A stretch of DNA of 63,990 nt, counting the filler. It is 4 parts of 4 records of this genome, joined end to end, with 100 filler letters (N's around TTAATTAATTAA, not from the genome) between each part and the next. Parts side by side here need not be neighbours in the genome. Positions count along the whole stretch, not along the records: positions 9,218 to 18,939 come from SRR31156797_2466; positions 19,040 to 34,805 come from SRR31156797_2470; 2 more parts are not named here. One strand, written 5' to 3'. The position numbers and the translations under genes are program-made. This document shows, in pieces, positions 10,507-20,306 of the stretch. How positions within the stretch are numbered: position 1 is the stretch's first letter; every line of letters begins with the position of its first letter. Below the pieces are notes generated by a model. It saw only the letters and a list, made by a program, of their open reading frames with translations, searched no databases and had not been told where the DNA came from.

Positions 10507-11598
10507 TTATTTAGGAGCTTTATTGTAAAGATATACGCCGATAAGTGCAAATAGCATGTTAGGTAACCATACTGCTATTACAGGGTTCATATTTCCATTA
10601 ATAGCAAAAGTAGTTGATACTGTCATAAATAATATATATCCAAAGCTCAGGCCAAGTCCAATTCCAATATGCAATCCAATTCCTCCGCGTACCTTTCTGG
10701 AAGCTAAAGAAACGCCGATCAAGGTTAGGATAAATGCAGAAAAAGGATTTGCCCATCGCTTGTAATATTCAATAACGTAAGGTTTGATAGATCCAACGCC
10801 TTTTTTAGTTTGTTCATCAATATAGTGGGAAAGTTCGGTATTTGTCATCGTTTCAAACCAGTTATGTTCTGATTTGAAGTCGGAGGGACTCATGTTAAAA
10901 ACAGTATCAAGTTTACTTCCTTCGGTAATTTTAATATGTTCTTCGTTTATAAAATCCCTGATAATATAATTTGTCAGAGTCCAGTTATTTGAATCCTTAT
11001 TAAAGGTAATGCTTTTTGCTGAAAGTTTAGAAATAAGTCTATTCCCTTCAAAGCGTTCAGCACTAAAGTGGCTTCCTTTATTTCTGAAACTGTAGAATTT
11101 ACTCATATAAACAAATAAACCGGGCTCTAATTGTAAATGAATATCATCTAATCCGGTATCTTTTTTATTTTTCACATATACCGATTCAAATTCAAGCCTT
11201 GTTTTATTGGCTGGAGGGATGACATATGCACCTAATAAAAAAGAGAATATCGCTACGATTAGGGCACTTACAAAATAAGGAAACATTAATCGTCTAAAGC
11301 TCACACCTCCCGATAGGATTGCAATAATCTCAGTATCGTAGGCCATTTTGGAAGTGAAGAAAATAACCGCAATAAATACAAAAAGAGGTGTAAATAAGTT
11401 GGCAAAGTAGGGAATGAAATTAAAATAATAATCCACTACAACAGCTTTTAGAGGAGCTTCTTTATCCAGGAAGTTGTCAATTTTTTCGGTGATATCAAAA
11501 ACCACAGCAATACTAATGATCAGTAATATGGCGAAGAAATAGGTTCCAAGGAATTTACGTATGATATAGCGGTCAAGCTTTTGAATGGCTCCTCTCAT
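10507..11598 (-). CDS. LptF/LptG family LPS export permease
   Basis: LDRYIIRKFL start, EIIAILSGGVS, 3+3 TM layout with a periplasmic domain. Confidence 0.9.
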   Translation of the reverse strand: MRGAIQKLDRYIIRKFLGTYFFAILLIISIAVVFDITEKIDNFLDKEAPLKAVVVDYYFNFIPYFANLFTPLFVFIAVIFFTSKMAYDTEIIAILSGGVSFRRLMFPYFVSALIVAIFSFLLGAYVIPPANKTRLEFESVYVKNKKDTGLDDIHLQLEPGLFVYMSKFYSFRNKGSHFSAERFEGNRLISKLSAKSITFNKDSNNWTLTNYIIRDFINEEHIKITEGSKLDTVFNMSPSDFKSEHNWFETMTNTELSHYIDEQTKKGVGSIKPYVIEYYKRWANPFSAFILTLIGVSLASRKVRGGIGLHIGIGLGLSFGYILFMTVSTTFAINGNMNPVIAVWLPNMLFALIGVYLYNKAPK

Positions 11599-11668
11599 AA
11601 AAGTGGTATACTTTAATAGTTTACAAAAAAACGAAAATTAATTGAGCAATACTATTACACATTCCTTT

Positions 11669-12799
11669 TTATAGTCTTACAGACATTTGTTTAACCATTT
11701 CATCTTTCCATGGCCTAAAATCTCCTGCCAGAATGTGTTTTCTTGCCTCTTTTACCAACCACAAATAAAAGGCCAGATTATGCAAACTCCCAATTTGGGA
11801 TGCCAGCATTTCTTTTGAAACAAATAAATGTCTTAAATAGGCTTTGGTATAATGATGATCTACAAAAGATGTTCCTTCAGGATCGATAGGAGAAAAGTCA
11901 TCTTTCCATTTTTCATTTTTCATATTCATTACGCCACGAGATGTAAAAAGCATTCCGTTTCTTCCATTACGTGTTGGCATCACACAATCAAACATGTCTA
12001 CACCTAGTGCAATGGATTCTAAAATATTGATTGGCGTACCTACGCCCATTAAATATCTGGGTTTGTCTTCAGGTAAGATTCCGGTTACCACTTCAGTCAT
12101 TTCATACATTACCTCAGCAGGTTCGCCTACAGATAATCCGCCTATAGCGTTACCTTCTCTTTCAAAAGAGGCAATATATTCTGCTGATTGTTTTCGTAAA
12201 TCTCTGAAACCCGCTCCTTGTACAATGGGGAAAAACGTTTGGTTATGATCGTATTTGGGAGAAGTGGCATCAAATTGTTGAATCCCTCTTTTTAACCAGC
12301 GATGGGTTAACTCCATAGAGTTTTTTGCATAATTATGATCGGCATCTCCCGGAGCACATTCATCAAATGCCATAATAATATCTGCACCAATGATACGTTG
12401 AATATCTACTACATTTTCAGGTGTAAAAAGATGTTTGGAGCCATCAATATGCGAACTAAATACAGCTCCTTCTTCCTTTAGTTTTCGGTTTCCACTTAAC
12501 GAAAAAACCTGATAACCTCCACTATCGGTTAATATTGGTTTGTTCCAGCCGTTAAATTTATGTAGTCCACCCGCTTTTTCAATAATATCCAATCCCGGAC
12601 GCAAATATAAATGGTACGTATTTCCAAGTATAATTTGAGCCTGAATATCATTTTCCAGGTCTTTAAAATGTACACCTTTTACACTTCCCACTGTACCTAC
12701 AGGCATAAAAATAGGAGTTTCTATTTCTCCGTGATCTGTAGTTATTTTTCCTGCTCTGGCTCTGCTTTGCGTATCCTTTACTTGTAATTCAAATTCCAT
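11669..12799 (-). CDS. tgt: tRNA-guanine(34) transglycosylase
   Basis: TPIFMPVGT, GNTYHLYLRPG, LTDSGGYQVFS, YLMGVG and DMFDCVMPTRNGR. Start moved to ATG 12799 (MEFEL), downstream of the promoter box. Confidence 0.96.
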   Translation of the reverse strand: MEFELQVKDTQSRARAGKITTDHGEIETPIFMPVGTVGSVKGVHFKDLENDIQAQIILGNTYHLYLRPGLDIIEKAGGLHKFNGWNKPILTDSGGYQVFSLSGNRKLKEEGAVFSSHIDGSKHLFTPENVVDIQRIIGADIIMAFDECAPGDADHNYAKNSMELTHRWLKRGIQQFDATSPKYDHNQTFFPIVQGAGFRDLRKQSAEYIASFEREGNAIGGLSVGEPAEVMYEMTEVVTGILPEDKPRYLMGVGTPINILESIALGVDMFDCVMPTRNGRNGMLFTSRGVMNMKNEKWKDDFSPIDPEGTSFVDHHYTKAYLRHLFVSKEMLASQIGSLHNLAFYLWLVKEARKHILAGDFRPWKDEMVKQMSVRL

Positions 12800-12818
12800 T
12801 ATGGTTGTTATTTGGGGC

Positions 12819-12828
12819 TGCAAATATA
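12819..12828 (-). promoter_or_regulatory. Bacteroidota primary-sigma -7 element (TATATTTGCA) upstream of tgt
   Basis: Matches the TAnnTTTG consensus about 20 bp upstream of the 12799 start. Confidence 0.6.
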
Positions 12829-13004
12829 AAAATACATTGTTTATCAAGGTACTTCAATTTTATAAAAAAACATCTTAACTTGCTTTTATTCAAAATGAAA
12901 ATATGTTTGATGTGTTTTATAACTAGTATCCTGATACCTGATTTAGCTTGTATATTAATGATTGTATGCTTGCCTGTCAGTTAAAATTTAATCATATTTG
13001 AAAA

Positions 13005-14153
13005 GTGGAACTTTCAGAGCTAATACCAAGCGAAGGCATAGCACTCTTTGTGAGTGTTTTTATTTTTTGTATGCTGATAATTCAGTTGTTTTATTATTTA
13101 TTCTATTACGGTTATTTTCTTCGTTTTTTGAAAAAACCAGTAGGAAATAGAACCAACTTTCCACCTGCATCCATTATTATTTGTGCGAAAAATGAATCTA
13201 AGAATTTAAAAAATCACTTACCACAAATATTGGCACAAGAATATCCTTCGAACTTCGAGGTGATTGTTGTAAATGATGCATCTGAAGATGATTCTGAATT
13301 GGTTCTTGCTCGTTTAAAAGAAAAAAACAAACATCTTTATTATACAAGTATTCCTTACGATAAGAAATTTCGACATGGAAAAAAACTAGCTGTTACAATT
13401 GGGGTAAAAGCCGCAAATAATGAACACCTGCTCTTTACAGATGCCGATTGTTTACCTGCTGGTAAACATTGGTTAAAAAATATGATGCAAGGTTTTGAGG
13501 GAGACAAAGAAATTGTTTTAGGTTATGGACCGTATCGAAAAGAAAAGGGGTTCATCAATAAGTTGCAGCGTTTTGATACCTTTTATATTGCGATGTTATA
13601 TTTATCATTAGCTTTAAGAGGTCTGCCTTATATGGGAGTTGGTAGGAATTTGGCATACAAGAAATCATTATTCCAAAAGCACAACGGATTCCAAAAGCAC
13701 CAGCATATTTTATCCGGAGATGATGATCTTTTTATAAGGGATGCAGCAACAAAGAAAAATGTTGGAATTGTAGCTTTACCAGAAGCATTTACTTATTCTG
13801 AGCCAGTGACAAGTTTTATGGAATGGAGGAGGCAAAAAAGCAGGCATTTAACAACGGCACCACATTATAAATTTTCAATTCGACTTATTTTAGGCCTCGA
13901 GGCTTTAAGCCGACAATTATTCTGGACCCTTTCTTTAATATGTGTTTTTTTTCCTACTTTTGTCTATGTGGTATTGGCATTTATATTTATTAAATTGTTA
14001 GTACAAATTATAGTTCAAAACAATATAGCAAAAAGGTTACATAGTAAAGATTTGATTGGGGTTGGAGTGTTGTTTGATATTATCTTACCTTTTATAATCG
14101 GATTGTTATTAATTGGCGGAAAAAGACAAGCAAAAAAGAATAAATGGACTTAA
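13005..14153 (+). CDS. Family 2 glycosyltransferase, membrane-bound
   Basis: IIICAKNE, VVNDAS, FTDADC, SGDDDL and QKSRH (QxxRW-like); flanking TM helices. Confidence 0.88.
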   Translation: MELSELIPSEGIALFVSVFIFCMLIIQLFYYLFYYGYFLRFLKKPVGNRTNFPPASIIICAKNESKNLKNHLPQILAQEYPSNFEVIVVNDASEDDSELVLARLKEKNKHLYYTSIPYDKKFRHGKKLAVTIGVKAANNEHLLFTDADCLPAGKHWLKNMMQGFEGDKEIVLGYGPYRKEKGFINKLQRFDTFYIAMLYLSLALRGLPYMGVGRNLAYKKSLFQKHNGFQKHQHILSGDDDLFIRDAATKKNVGIVALPEAFTYSEPVTSFMEWRRQKSRHLTTAPHYKFSIRLILGLEALSRQLFWTLSLICVFFPTFVYVVLAFIFIKLLVQIIVQNNIAKRLHSKDLIGVGVLFDIILPFIIGLLLIGGKRQAKKNKWT

Positions 14154-14755
14154 ACCCAAACTTATCGGACAAGGCAAAACACGATTTTTCATTGGTTCAG
14201 TTGGCAGTAAAAGGCGATCAAAAAGCTTTTGCAGAACTAATGGGAAGGTATCGGGATGCAATCTACTTTATGTTGTTGAAAATGGTAAACAATAAAAGTG
14301 ATGCAGAGGATTTGACCATTGAAGCTTTTGGTAAGGCTTTTAAAAATATTCATCAGTATTCTCCTAATTATGCTTTTAGTACATGGTTATTTAAAATAGC
14401 CTCTAATAACTGTATTGATTACCTGAGAAAGAAACGAACTAATATTGTTTCAATTGACGGAAGCCATATTAGTGAAGAAAAAGAAAATGATTCGCCAATC
14501 CATTTAAAGGATGAAACGCCAGATCCGGAAGAAGGAATGATTAAACAGCAGAAGGCTATATTGATGCGAACTGTTGTGAAAAAACTAAAGCCAAGATACC
14601 GTACATTAATTGAACTGCGTTACTTCAATGAATTTTCTTATGAAGAAATTGCGCAGGAACTAGATTTACCATTGGGTACCGTTAAAGCACAATTATTCAG
14701 AGCGCGCGAGTTATTATTCAATACACTTAAAAATACCGACGTTAAGCTGGACTAA
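14144..14755 (+). CDS. ECF sigma-70 family RNA polymerase sigma factor
   Basis: DAEDL..EAF, FSTWLFKIA and region 4 SYEEIAQELDLPLGTVKAQLFRAR. Confidence 0.92.
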   Translation: MDLNPNLSDKAKHDFSLVQLAVKGDQKAFAELMGRYRDAIYFMLLKMVNNKSDAEDLTIEAFGKAFKNIHQYSPNYAFSTWLFKIASNNCIDYLRKKRTNIVSIDGSHISEEKENDSPIHLKDETPDPEEGMIKQQKAILMRTVVKKLKPRYRTLIELRYFNEFSYEEIAQELDLPLGTVKAQLFRARELLFNTLKNTDVKLD

Positions 14756-14783
14756 GCAGAGAGGGTCGCAAGCAGGAAGTTTT

Positions 14784-15404
14784 ATGAGCTTAATAGAAAA
14801 ATACTTTCCGGAGATTTCGGATGAGCAAAAAATATTATTTCAAAATCTTGAAAAGTTATATCCCGAATGGAATGATAAAATAAATGTTATTTCACGTAAG
14901 GATATTGATGAATTGGTGATTAGGCATGTTTTGCATTCTTTGGCCATTGTAAAGTATACTAAGTTTACCCCGGGAACTAAGGTGATTGATGTAGGTACGG
15001 GAGGAGGATTTCCAGGAATTCCATTAGCCATTTACTATCCAGAATGTCAGTTTCACTTGGTAGATTCCATTGGAAAAAAGATAAAAGTAGTAGAGACTAT
15101 TGCTTCCGAGCTTGGACTTAAGAATGTGAAAGCTGAGCAGGTACGATCTGAAAAAGTTAAGGGTAAGTACGATTTTGTAGTGAGTAGAGCAGTTACAGCT
15201 TTTCCTCGTTTTGTTTCTTTAACCCGACATCTTATCAGCGATAAGCAAAAAAATGCTATTTCAAATGGTATTCTTTATTTAAAAGGAGGAGATTTTGATG
15301 AGGAAATTAAGCCTTTTGCAAAACGTACATCAATTGTTGATTTGACTGATTATTATGAAGAAGACTTCTTCGAAACGAAAAAGTTAATTCATCTTACCTT
15401 TTAG
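14784..15404 (+). CDS. rsmG: 16S rRNA m7G527 methyltransferase
   Basis: WNDKINVISR, HVLHSL, DVGTGGGFPGIPLAI and VVSRAV. Confidence 0.95.
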   Translation: MSLIEKYFPEISDEQKILFQNLEKLYPEWNDKINVISRKDIDELVIRHVLHSLAIVKYTKFTPGTKVIDVGTGGGFPGIPLAIYYPECQFHLVDSIGKKIKVVETIASELGLKNVKAEQVRSEKVKGKYDFVVSRAVTAFPRFVSLTRHLISDKQKNAISNGILYLKGGDFDEEIKPFAKRTSIVDLTDYYEEDFFETKKLIHLTF

Positions 15405-15462
15405 TATAGGTAGAGAACTGTGATCCAAAAGGAAACATTTTGCAAATTATTTCTGTTTTTTT

Positions 15463-15493
15463 TTTGGAAGAAGAAAATAAAGATGTATTTTTG
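15463..15493 (+). promoter_or_regulatory. Bacteroidota sigma-A promoter of rpmH (-33 TTTG, 19 bp spacer, -7 TATTTTTG)
   Basis: TTTG at 15463-15466 and TAnnTTTG at 15486-15493 with canonical spacing. Confidence 0.7.
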
Positions 15494-15547
15494 CAGTCCG
15501 AAAATAGAAAAATAACGAACTGTCGAAAGATATAAAAGCATAACAAA

Positions 15548-15706
15548 ATGAAAAGGACATTTCAACCTTCTAACAGAAAAAGAAGAAATAAGCACGGATT
15601 TAGAGCTAGAATGGCTAGCGTAAATGGTCGTAAAGTATTAGCTTCAAGAAGAGCTAAAGGTAGAAAGAAACTTTCTGTTTCTTCTGAAAAAAGACATAAA
15701 GCATAA
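15548..15706 (+). CDS. rpmH: 50S ribosomal protein L34
   Basis: Below the ORF-track length cutoff. Translated manually as [52 protein letters not shown]. Confidence 0.98.
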   Translation: MKRTFQPSNRKRRNKHGFRARMASVNGRKVLASRRAKGRKKLSVSSEKRHKA

Positions 15707-15725
15707 ATAATTGCTTCAATTATAT

Positions 15726-15760
15726 AAAAAAGAGGATTCAATTTTTGAATCCTTTTTTTT
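15726..15760 (+). terminator. Rho-independent terminator after rpmH
   Basis: AGGATTCA/TGAATCCT stem followed by a T run, with an A run on the other side. Confidence 0.8.
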
Positions 15761-15920
15761 GTGCTTTATTTTTAACGTTGTTTCGTTTAAATGAATGAGG
15801 TGGATTGTTTCTGATGCTTAGCAGAAAAGTAATAAATTACCCTGTCCATTAAGATCTATTATTAAACTCACGTTATTTTATATTATTTTTGAGCTCGTCT
15901 AAAGAAAAACACATACACAT

Positions 15921-16760
15921 ATGTCTGTACTGAAGTTTCTAATTAGTAAAAGGTTTCTGATTCATATTGCCTCAGCGTTGGGGTTAATTGCATTTATATT
16001 AATTGCCACTTTTGTTACCTTAAATATTTATACGCATCATGGTGAAAGCTTTGAAACGCCAGATTTTTCAGGTCTAACAGAACGACAATTTATAGACTTG
16101 GTGCGACAAAAAGATTTAAGATACAGGATTATTGATTCGGTACATATAAGTGATATGACACCAGGCGCTGTAGTAGAGCAAACTCCTAAACCGGGTAATT
16201 TGGTTAAAGAAAACAGGACTATATTTTTTACTATTAATGCCTATTCTGCCGAACAGGTTCCAATGCCTAAATTAATGGATTTTTCATTACGAAATGCGCA
16301 GGTTACACTGGAGTCTTATGGTTTAAGAGTAGGGCAGCTAATTTATATTCCATCAGAATATACGCAGTTGATTTTAGGTCAACATTATGAGGGGAAACCA
16401 ATTGAGCCAGGAACTTTAATAGCCAAAGGATCTACTATTGATTTATTGGTGGGGCAGGGATTAAGTAATAAAAAAACTGAAGTGCCTGATTTGATTGGAA
16501 TGACGCTGGAAGATGCTCGTAATTATTTATTAGCTAATTCATTAAATATTGATGCCATCATATACGATGATAGCATTCCAACACCGGAAGATAGCTTGAG
16601 AGCTTTTGTTTGGAAGCAGTTGCCGGAAAGTGAAATAGGAAAAAAATTACAATTAGGATCTTCATTAGATATTTGGTTAACGATAGATTCTTTTAAAATA
16701 ATGCCCGATACTTTGATGGTAGATTCATTAGGGGTGGATTTAAATGTAGTAAACCAGTAA
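15921..16760 (+). CDS. PASTA domain-containing protein
   Basis: N-terminal TM helix and three PASTA-like repeats (PDFSGLT, MPKLMD, VPDLIGMT). Confidence 0.88.
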   Translation: MSVLKFLISKRFLIHIASALGLIAFILIATFVTLNIYTHHGESFETPDFSGLTERQFIDLVRQKDLRYRIIDSVHISDMTPGAVVEQTPKPGNLVKENRTIFFTINAYSAEQVPMPKLMDFSLRNAQVTLESYGLRVGQLIYIPSEYTQLILGQHYEGKPIEPGTLIAKGSTIDLLVGQGLSNKKTEVPDLIGMTLEDARNYLLANSLNIDAIIYDDSIPTPEDSLRAFVWKQLPESEIGKKLQLGSSLDIWLTIDSFKIMPDTLMVDSLGVDLNVVNQ

Positions 16761-16761
16761 G

Positions 16762-17817
16762 ATGACTGAGGAAAAGGATAAAAGAGAAGAGTTAGAGGAG
16801 TTGGGGGATGAGCAAAACGAAATGTTTGAGCATTTTAGATTTGTGACAGATGCTGGTCAGAAACAGATTCGAATAGATAAGTTTTTGGTGAATAGGATGG
16901 AGAACGCTTCTCGTAATAAAATTCAGGAAGCAGCTTCAGCTGGAAATATTTTGGTGGATGGTAATCCGGTTAAGTCTAACTATAAAATTAAGCCCAACGA
17001 AATCATAACGATTGTTATGGAATTTCCTCGTAGGGAACTTAAAATTATTCCGGAAGATATTCCTTTAAATATTCATTATGAAGATGATCACCTGATTGTA
17101 GTGAATAAAAATCCTGGTATGGTTGTACATCCGGGGCATGGAAATTATTCAGGAACCTTAGTGAATGCATTAGCTTATCATTTGAAAGATTTGCCTCTTT
17201 TTAATGATAATGATCCTCGTCCGGGTTTGGTGCATCGCATTGATAAAGATACATCCGGATTACTGGTTGTAGCCAAAACAGAGCAAGCTAAAAATAAATT
17301 GGCAGCACAGTTTTTTGATAAAACTACAGAGCGTTCATATATTGCATTGGTTTGGGGTAATCTTGAAGAAGATGAGGGTACGATTACCGGGCATATTGGT
17401 CGAAGTGTAAAAGATAGAATGCAGATGTGCGTATATCCGGAAGGCGATCATGGAAAGCATGCTGTTACGCATTATAAAGTGTTGGAAAGATTGGGTTATG
17501 TGACTTTGGTTCAGTGTGTATTGGAAACAGGAAGAACGCATCAGATACGTGCCCATATGAAATATATTGGTCATACATTATTTAATGATCAGCGATATGG
17601 AGGTGATCAGATTTTAAAGGGAACGACCTTTTCGAAGTATAAGCAGTTTGTTCAAAATTGTTTTAACGTATTGCCTCGTCAGGCTTTACATGCCAAATCA
17701 TTAGGTTTTGTTCATCCACATACTGGAGAAAAAATGAGTTTTGATACGGAAATCCCACAGGATATGACTGATGTGATTGAAAAGTGGAGAGTTTATATTG
17801 CAAATAGAGAAATGTAA
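16762..17817 (+). CDS. rluD: RluA/RluD-family pseudouridine synthase
   Basis: S4 domain RIDKFL, VNKNPGMVVHP, catalytic HRIDKDTSG and GRTHQIR. Confidence 0.9.
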   Translation: MTEEKDKREELEELGDEQNEMFEHFRFVTDAGQKQIRIDKFLVNRMENASRNKIQEAASAGNILVDGNPVKSNYKIKPNEIITIVMEFPRRELKIIPEDIPLNIHYEDDHLIVVNKNPGMVVHPGHGNYSGTLVNALAYHLKDLPLFNDNDPRPGLVHRIDKDTSGLLVVAKTEQAKNKLAAQFFDKTTERSYIALVWGNLEEDEGTITGHIGRSVKDRMQMCVYPEGDHGKHAVTHYKVLERLGYVTLVQCVLETGRTHQIRAHMKYIGHTLFNDQRYGGDQILKGTTFSKYKQFVQNCFNVLPRQALHAKSLGFVHPHTGEKMSFDTEIPQDMTDVIEKWRVYIANREM

Positions 17818-17868
17818 TTTACTTGCAGTTTAGATCTTATATTATCAAAAAGAAAAAATAAACACGGC

Positions 17869-18846
17869 ATGTCTAAAAAAAATATCGCAGTTGTATACGG
17901 AGGAGATTCTTCTGAAATAGTTGTGTCCAGAAAGAGTGCACAAGGTGTTCTTTCATTTATAGACAAAGATAAATATAATACATATCCGGTATTGCTGACC
18001 ACAGAGAAGTGGGTGGCAGAAGTCAATAATCAAGAGTATTCCATTAATAAAGATGATTTCTCATTTCAGTTGGAAGGAGAGAAAATTGATTTTGCTTGTG
18101 CTTACATAACTATTCATGGTACGCCGGGTGAAGATGGTAAACTGCAAGGGTATTTTGATATGGTAGGCATGCCTTACTCCACATGTGGTGTTTTACCGGC
18201 TGCGCTTACATTTAATAAGTTTGCTTGTAATACATATCTCAAAGGATTTGGTGTTTCGGTAGCTGACTCCTTATTGATAAGAAAAGGGACAGAGTATAAT
18301 GTAGACAGAATATTGGATACGCTTGGTTTACCTTGTTTTATTAAACCTAATGCCGGAGGTTCAAGTTTTGGTGTAACAAAGGCAAAGAAGATTGCCGAGA
18401 TTGGTTTTGCAATTGAAAAAGCTTTTAAAGAGAGTGACGAGGTTATTATTGAGCAGTTTATAGATGGTAAAGAATTTACTTGCGGATTGTATAAGGCAGG
18501 AGGCAAAGAAACTGTATTTCCCGTTACAGAAGTGATTCCGGCCAATGAATTCTTTGATTTTGAGGCTAAGTATACTGCTGAAAAAGCGCAGGAAATAACA
18601 CCAGCCAGATTATCTAAAGAAAATACAGACAGGATACAAAAAATATCATCTATGATTTATGATATTCTTGGATGTAAAGGGATTGTACGTGTGGATTATA
18701 TCTTAAAGGATAATAATATTTATTTACTAGAGGTGAATACAACGCCAGGTATGACAACGACAAGTTTTATACCTCAGCAAATTGCAGCAGCAAATTTAGA
18801 TATTATGGAAGTATTTACAGATATTCTGGAAAGCTCGATAAGTTAG
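17869..18846 (+). CDS. ddl: D-alanine--D-alanine ligase
   Basis: GGDSSE..VS, IHGTPGEDGKLQG, GSSFGV, FDFEAKY and LEVNTTPGMT. Confidence 0.95.
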   Translation: MSKKNIAVVYGGDSSEIVVSRKSAQGVLSFIDKDKYNTYPVLLTTEKWVAEVNNQEYSINKDDFSFQLEGEKIDFACAYITIHGTPGEDGKLQGYFDMVGMPYSTCGVLPAALTFNKFACNTYLKGFGVSVADSLLIRKGTEYNVDRILDTLGLPCFIKPNAGGSSFGVTKAKKIAEIGFAIEKAFKESDEVIIEQFIDGKEFTCGLYKAGGKETVFPVTEVIPANEFFDFEAKYTAEKAQEITPARLSKENTDRIQKISSMIYDILGCKGIVRVDYILKDNNIYLLEVNTTPGMTTTSFIPQQIAAANLDIMEVFTDILESSIS

Positions 18847-18866
18847 TATGATTGAAAATATAAAAA

Positions 18867-18900
18867 GAAAGCGTGGTCAAATACTGGCCACGCTTTTTTC
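18867..18900 (+). terminator. Rho-independent terminator after ddl
   Basis: AAAGCGTGGTCA-aatac-TGGCCACGCTTT stem-loop with a T tail. Confidence 0.82.
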
Positions 18901-18939
18901 ATTATATGAATGTCTAGTCCTGAAATAACGTTACATAAA

Positions 18940-19039
18940 NNNNNNNNNNNNNNNNNNNNNNNNNNNNNNNNNNNNNNNNNNNNTTAATTAATTAANNNNN
19001 NNNNNNNNNNNNNNNNNNNNNNNNNNNNNNNNNNNNNNN
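18940..19039. other. Artificial contig linker
   Basis: 44 N + TTAATTAATTAA + 44 N. Confidence 0.98.
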
Positions 19040-19465
19040 ATAACTATCTACTAGATATGCTATTTGCTGAAATGTGAAGAATGATATTGCTAATGGTAAT
19101 AGTAAGTTTAGTGGTTCTATTTTTAAATCTATTATTAAATTCAAACTCTCTATAAGAAAATCTGCGTATTTAAAGTATCCTAATAATGATAAATTTGCTA
19201 CTATTCCAAAGGTTAATATTGATTTTTTATTAAAACTATTTTTATGCTCTTTTTTTGCTAAGCTATTTCCTATTACATAGTTAAACAACATACTACTTAA
19301 TATTATTGGCAAATATACTACATTCCACCAAGAATAAAAGAACAAACTTGCAAATACTAAAAAACCTTTTGCTCCTAATACTAATCTTTTACTATTTAGG
19401 TAAAAATATACAAAAAATACTATTGGTAAAAATGCAAATATAAATTCATAGGAGTTGAAAAGCAT
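19040..19465 (-). CDS. MBOAT-family O-acyltransferase (AlgI/PatA-like), 3' truncated
   Basis: MLFNSYEFIFAFLP, ASLFFYSWW, LGYFKY and LPLAISFFTFQQIAYLVD. Confidence 0.9.
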
Positions 19466-19471
19466 ACTAAT

Positions 19472-19567
19472 TTACATCCAACTTTTTAAATATTTATTTA
19501 ACAATTTATAATTACTTGCAAACTGTAGACTTTCTAAAGTTGCTGTTTTTTCTTCCTTTACTTGCAT
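19472..19567 (-). CDS. Small 31-aa ORF or gene remnant (MQVKEEKTATLESLQFASNYKLLNKYLKSWM)
   Basis: ATG-TAA frame that nearly fills the gap between the methyltransferase and the MBOAT gene; no recognisable motif. Confidence 0.25.
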   Translation of the reverse strand: MQVKEEKTATLESLQFASNYKLLNKYLKSWM

Positions 19568-19568
19568 A

Positions 19569-20306
19569 TCAATTCCTAATAATATGGTTTTTTTCAATAG
19601 TTATACCAATATTATGTCCAACTAACTTTCTAATCCAATCTGGCAAATACTTTTCTAAGAACTTAAGTCTATATGGTAGAGCTACATAATTATTCATTAT
19701 ATTAAACTTATCTTTTTCTAATGAGATAACACGATTTACCAAATCTTTAAATTCTTTTTTAGTAAAAAACTTTCCATCTTCAATCATCATATCATATTCA
19801 CTCATTCCATCTTTAATCATTTTCTTTTTTCGTCTCCATCCTGGATAAGAGTTTATACAAGGTACATCTAAACTTAAAAACCTTTTACTGATTCTATATT
19901 GTTCTTTAAATGCTTGTTCATATTCTGGCATATGTTCAATTACACCCCAACTATAAACAAAATCAAAATACTCATCATCTAATGGGATATCTCTAGTATC
20001 TGCTTTTATAACTTCAATCTCATATTTTTTTCCAATAACTATTGCTTCGTCTGTTAAATCTATACCATACAACCTTAAATCTGGTCTATATGCTTTAATT
20101 AATAATAGCCATTGACAGTTTCCACTCCCTACTTCACATACACTTGCATTTGGTTCTAGTTTATCAAGAAAAGGTTTTATAAAATATTTAAATTTAAATG
20201 GTGTTACCGTGTCTGTAATATCTAGTCCTACAATACTATTTCTCCACAAATCTCCCCAATATTCATTAATATCTTGTTCATATTTTTTTGATTCTACTTC
20301 CAGCAT
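19569..20306 (-). CDS. Class I SAM-dependent methyltransferase
   Basis: VCEVGSGN motif I, YGIDL, ADTRDIP and FDFVYSWGVIEH. Confidence 0.88.
   Translation of the reverse strand: MLEVESKKYEQDINEYWGDLWRNSIVGLDITDTVTPFKFKYFIKPFLDKLEPNASVCEVGSGNCQWLLLIKAYRPDLRLYGIDLTDEAIVIGKKYEIEVIKADTRDIPLDDEYFDFVYSWGVIEHMPEYEQAFKEQYRISKRFLSLDVPCINSYPGWRRKKKMIKDGMSEYDMMIEDGKFFTKKEFKDLVNRVISLEKDKFNIMNNYVALPYRLKFLEKYLPDWIRKLVGHNIGITIEKNHIIRN

Noticed and set aside
15548-18846. rpmH not followed by rnpA/yidC
   Set aside because: rpmH-PASTA-rluD-ddl is a common gene order in Bacteroidota.
9218-18939. Horizontal transfer of a Bacteroidota island into an Arcobacter-like genome
   Set aside because: It is bounded exactly by linkers, contains only housekeeping genes and has no mobility genes; it is a separate contig.
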